This document shows positions 60,242 to 64,000 of a DNA stretch of 64,000 nt, in pieces (positions within the stretch are counted from its first letter, which is position 1; the number at the start of each line of letters is the position of its first letter). A model generated the notes under the pieces. The model had not been told where the DNA came from. It did not search any database and worked only from the letters and a program-made list of their open reading frames with translations. A program made the position numbers and the translations under genes. This DNA is from an uncultured Desulfatitalea sp. (GTDB taxonomy: Bacteria > Desulfobacterota > Desulfobacteria > Desulfobacterales > Desulfosarcinaceae), in the NCBI GenBank assembly GCA_963668675.2, contig CAXXMB010000002.1:864001-928000 (forward strand). The letters are read 5' to 3'.

Positions 60242-61677
60242 AGATTACCACCGAACGGTTCAAACAAACGTCGCTCGAAGAGCTGGACAACATCCATACC
60301 CAGAAATTTCTGCAGATCCTGCCCCTGAGATTGTCCGCCCGGCGTAACGAAGCTTACGAGAGTTTTCCCGATCCGGCGGCGGCCCATGAATACGGTCACA
60401 GTATCCGCGACGAAGCGATCCAGCACCTGCCCGAACTGCTGGAGACGTTCGAAGCCAATGCCGTCGCCAATGGCGCCCAGGTCTTCTGGGCTGAAGACAG
60501 TCAGGCGGCCAACGACTATATCGTCCAGCTGGCCAGGCAAAAAGGGGTGAGCTACGTCACCAAAGGCAAATCGATGGTCACCGAGGAGCTGGGTCTCAAT
60601 GAGGCCTTGGCTCAGGCCGGTATCGATGCATGGGAGACCGACCTGGGAGAGTTCATCACCCAGCTGCTGCAGCGACCTCCGTTTCACATCGTCGGTCCGG
60701 CGCTGAACATCCCGGTCCAGCAGATCTGCGACATCTTCATGACGAAGGGGGTCATCGACTCGCCCACCGTCGATCCGGTGGCCTTGGGCATGGCCGCCCG
60801 CAGGTTTCTGCGTGACCGGTTCCGCGATCTTGAAATGGGCATCACCGGCGTCAACATGGCCGTGGCCGAAACCGGCACCGTGATCAATGTGGAGAACGAG
60901 GGCAACATCCGCCTCAACAAATCGAGCCCGCGCACCCTGGTCTGTGTGATGAGCCTGGAGAAGGTGGTCCCCACGCTCAACGACGCCATGCACATGCTGC
61001 GGGTGCTGTGCCGCAGCGCCACAGGTCAGTCGGCCAGTTCCTATATGTCGCTGGACAGCGGCCCCAAACGGCCGGATGAGATCGACGGGCCCGAGGAGAT
61101 GCACATCGTCATCCTGGACAACGGCCGCTCGGCCATGTACCAGGATCCCCAAACCCGGGAGGCGCTGCGCTGTATCCGCTGCGGCGCCTGTCTCAACAGC
61201 TGCCCGGTCTACGGCAAGGTCGGTGGTTACCCTTACGGATGGGCCTACTCCGGCCCCATGGGGCAGGTGCTCACGCCGGCCCTCCAGGGGCTGCAAGACA
61301 CCGGCGACCTGGTCCGGGCCTGCACGTTGTGCCACCGATGCAAGAACATCTGTCCGGCTGGCATCGACCACCCCAGCATTCTGCTCTACTATCGCGCCAA
61401 GGACGTCGCCGGCGACAAAACGCTGGGCGGCAGTGGCGGCCGATGGGGCGAACGCCTCGTCCATACGCTCTTCTCCATCGCCGGCAGCGACCAGCGACTG
61501 TGGCGGATCTTCTCCAGAATCGCCCGCCTGGCCGCAAACCGCAAACGGAAGGGGGATCGCATCCGCTCCATCCCCATCGGCGCCCGGGGTTGGTTCAGCA
61601 GCCGCAACCTGCCGGCGCTTCCCAGCAAACGGTTCCGTGACCGCTGGATAGACCAGGAGAAGAACAAGAGGAGATGA
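60238..61677 (+). CDS. lutB: LutB/LldF-like FeS protein
   Basis: KGKSMVTEE, ETDLGE, ENEGN, CIRCGAC..CP, CTLCHRC..CP. Confidence 0.9.
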   Translation: MKITTERFKQTSLEELDNIHTQKFLQILPLRLSARRNEAYESFPDPAAAHEYGHSIRDEAIQHLPELLETFEANAVANGAQVFWAEDSQAANDYIVQLARQKGVSYVTKGKSMVTEELGLNEALAQAGIDAWETDLGEFITQLLQRPPFHIVGPALNIPVQQICDIFMTKGVIDSPTVDPVALGMAARRFLRDRFRDLEMGITGVNMAVAETGTVINVENEGNIRLNKSSPRTLVCVMSLEKVVPTLNDAMHMLRVLCRSATGQSASSYMSLDSGPKRPDEIDGPEEMHIVILDNGRSAMYQDPQTREALRCIRCGACLNSCPVYGKVGGYPYGWAYSGPMGQVLTPALQGLQDTGDLVRACTLCHRCKNICPAGIDHPSILLYYRAKDVAGDKTLGGSGGRWGERLVHTLFSIAGSDQRLWRIFSRIARLAANRKRKGDRIRSIPIGARGWFSSRNLPALPSKRFRDRWIDQEKNKRR

Positions 61678-62348
61678 TCATGCCGGAGAGTGTACGCGAC
61701 GCCATACTGCAAAGACTTCAATGCGCCGAACGGGGAAGTACGATGCCCCGCCCCGATCTGCCTCCGCTGCGGGAACTCAGCCTGGACGCAAGCCGGCTCA
61801 AAGAGCAGTTCATGGCCCAGTTCGAACTCCAGGGCGGCATCGGATACCGGGTACCCGACCGTGAAGCTCTCTACGACCGGCTCGCCGAAATCTTCAAAGT
61901 TGAAGCCATCACGCGGGCAATGGCCGGCGACGACGCCGTTCTCTCAGCGTTGGAGATCGACCAGTGGGGAGATCGCAAAGGTGTGGAGATCGTCCATCCG
62001 TTCGGATACCCAGACCGGCGAGCATATACCCGTGCGGTCTTCGACGAGGTCCAGGCCGGCATCACCGGCGCCACTTTCGCCGTGGCCGAATCGGGCACGA
62101 TCATAACAGCCCATGATCGAACCCAGGCGCGCCTGATATCTCTGGCCCCGCTGATACATGTCGTCGTGGTCCCCGTGGCGCACATTATCGCCACCTATGA
62201 AATCGCCATGGAGACACTCTTTGCCGACGGCCGGCGCCCCTCCCAAGTGACCTTCATCACCGGTCCGAGCATGACGGCGGACATCCAGGCCACCATGTTC
62301 AAGGGAATGCACGGCCCTCAGAAAGTCTATGCGCTCGTGATGGGTTAA
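61674..62348 (+). CDS. lutC: LutC/LldG-like protein
   Basis: AVAESGT, ISLAP..H, ITGPSMTADI...GMHGP. Confidence 0.88.
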   Translation: MIMPESVRDAILQRLQCAERGSTMPRPDLPPLRELSLDASRLKEQFMAQFELQGGIGYRVPDREALYDRLAEIFKVEAITRAMAGDDAVLSALEIDQWGDRKGVEIVHPFGYPDRRAYTRAVFDEVQAGITGATFAVAESGTIITAHDRTQARLISLAPLIHVVVVPVAHIIATYEIAMETLFADGRRPSQVTFITGPSMTADIQATMFKGMHGPQKVYALVMG

Positions 62349-62352
62349 TGCC

Positions 62353-62380
62353 GTTGGGGCAAGATGCATCGTGCCCCTAC
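62353..62380. repeat. Single REP-like palindrome
   Basis: GTTGGGGCAAGATGCATCGTGCCCCTAC, same CCCCTAC foot as the 14.8-kb REPs. Confidence 0.6.
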
Positions 62381-62532
62381 ATCCCTTGCCGACGCAGAAT
62401 GCGGTGCTCCCCAACTTCTGCAGCGCCAAATGACAACCGTGTCCGAAAACGTCTTGCCAAGATCATCCATTCATTCCAAGATAGCGTCACCTTAAAGTTG
62501 TTCGAGTTCCATTTCGCCTAAAAGGATTTGCC

Positions 62533-63984
62533 ATGTTGGATCCCCTTACCTGCGAACGGGCCCGTCTGGCGCGCGACGCCAGGTTCGACGGCCTCTTCTT
62601 CACCGGCGTGCACAGTACCGGCGTCTTCTGCCGACCGGTCTGCCCGGCCCCGCAGCCCAAACGACGGAATGTGACCTACTTTCCCACCGCAGCGGCGGCT
62701 GTCAGTGCCGGTTTGCGCCCGTGCCGCAGATGCCGGCCCGAGGCCGCCCCGGGAACACCCGCCTGGAACGGCACATCGGCCACCGTCTCAAGGGCCATCC
62801 AGTTGATCCGCCATGGCGCTCTGGACAAAGGTGGCGTGGACGCTCTGGCAGCCCGCCTGGGGGTGGGCGCCCGCCATCTTCGTCGCCTGTTCAACCAGCA
62901 TGTGGGTGTGACACCCGTGGCCATGGCTAACTTGCAGCGGGTCTTCTTCGCCAGGCAACTCCTTGCCGAAACACGCTTCACCATCACCGAGATCGCTTCG
63001 GCCAGCGGATTTGGAAGCATCAGGCGCTTCAATGCTGCATTTAAAAGCATTTTCGACCACTCCCCAACGGCTTTTCGCCGCACCTTGCCCCATGGATCAT
63101 CCCCCGGCCCGGCTGCCGGCATCCGATGCACCCTGAGCCTGCCCTATCGGCCACCCTACCAGTGGGAGTGCCTGCTCGCATTCTTTCGGGATCGTGCCAT
63201 TGCCAATGTGGAGAAGGTCGATCGCCAATCCTACCGCCGCACCATACGCACCAAAGCGGTCCGGGGCTCCATGCGCGTCCGCCACGCCGATGCGGGACAC
63301 GCTCTCGTTCTGGAGATCGAGCTTTCGGATATCCGCGGATTGATACCCGTTGTAGAGCGCGTCCGCCGGATGTTCGACCTGGATGCGGATCGACAAGCCA
63401 TTGCCGACACACTGGTCCTGGACGAACAAATCAAACCAATCGTTGAGAGATTGCCAGGGTTGCCACTGGCCGGCAGCTGGGATCCTTTCGAAACCGCCGT
63501 CAGAGCCATTGTGGGCCAACAGATTTCGGTCAAAGCGGCCCGGACGGTATTAAGCCGCATCGTCGCCCGCTGCGAACCGCCTTCGGTCAAGAACAACGCT
63601 GACGAGCTAATCCGTTTTTTTCCCACTGCTGAAGCACTGTCTGCTGCAGAGTTGACAAATGTGGGGATGACCGGGAAAAGGGTCGCAACGCTGAAGTACT
63701 TTGCGCAAGGCGTCGCGGCCGGAGACATTCAACTGGCCATTGGCACTGAACGATCGGAATTTGTCCGGCGAATGGTCAGTCTCCCGGGCATCGGCCCCTG
63801 GACCGCCCAATACATCGCCATGCGGGCCCTGTCGGACCCCGATGCCTTTCCAGCCGGAGACCTGGGAATCGCCCAGGCACTCTCCTCTAACGGGAAACGG
63901 CCGACTTATAAGCAAATAGTGACACGGGCTGAAAATTGGCGCCCCTGGCGCGCCTACGCCGCCACCTATCTTTGGAATGCCTGA
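62533..63984 (+). CDS. alkA: Ada metal-binding/AraC - AlkA 3-methyladenine glycosylase fusion
   Basis: TGVFCRPVC, RPCRRCRP, AraC HTH, LPGIGPWTA..D. Confidence 0.93.
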   Translation: MLDPLTCERARLARDARFDGLFFTGVHSTGVFCRPVCPAPQPKRRNVTYFPTAAAAVSAGLRPCRRCRPEAAPGTPAWNGTSATVSRAIQLIRHGALDKGGVDALAARLGVGARHLRRLFNQHVGVTPVAMANLQRVFFARQLLAETRFTITEIASASGFGSIRRFNAAFKSIFDHSPTAFRRTLPHGSSPGPAAGIRCTLSLPYRPPYQWECLLAFFRDRAIANVEKVDRQSYRRTIRTKAVRGSMRVRHADAGHALVLEIELSDIRGLIPVVERVRRMFDLDADRQAIADTLVLDEQIKPIVERLPGLPLAGSWDPFETAVRAIVGQQISVKAARTVLSRIVARCEPPSVKNNADELIRFFPTAEALSAAELTNVGMTGKRVATLKYFAQGVAAGDIQLAIGTERSEFVRRMVSLPGIGPWTAQYIAMRALSDPDAFPAGDLGIAQALSSNGKRPTYKQIVTRAENWRPWRAYAATYLWNA

Positions 63985-64000
63985 AGGAGAAGATGATGAT

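Noticed and set aside
63993..64000. Start of the next gene (ogt would be typical)
   Set aside because: Only an RBS and ATG are visible; cannot be assigned.

Overview
Bacterial chromosome segment, probably a sulfate-reducing deltaproteobacterium (Desulfobacterales-like; inferred from gene content only). Bases 1-9.6 kb are an AT-rich accessory island next to a tRNA-Ala(CGC). It holds a P4-type tyrosine integrase, a 680-aa unknown protein, AlpA, a winged-helix protein with iteron-like repeats and a Zn-finger protein. To their left is an array of five integron-type gene cassettes (PD-(D/E)xK nuclease, DUF2971, McrA-like HNH, two unknowns) separated by progressively decaying attC sites. The rest is GC-rich. 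It includes LarA with an FAD/FeS 2-hydroxyacid dehydrogenase, a REP-containing MITE, and a sigma-54 two-component locus flanking a TauE transporter and a cytoplasmic PhsAB-like Mo enzyme with an NADPH flavoprotein. Further on are a large secreted MORN-repeat protein/TPR pair, MBL/rhodanese genes, a PilZ + GGDEF pair, an RND/MMPL transporter, FadB and a spermidine-synthase-like fusion. Near the end are an Lgt-CPBP fusion beside a structured intergenic element and a PETase-like lipoprotein, three tandem TetR paralogs, iorAB-lutABC and ada/alkA. Family calls come from motif recognition by eye; no database search was run.
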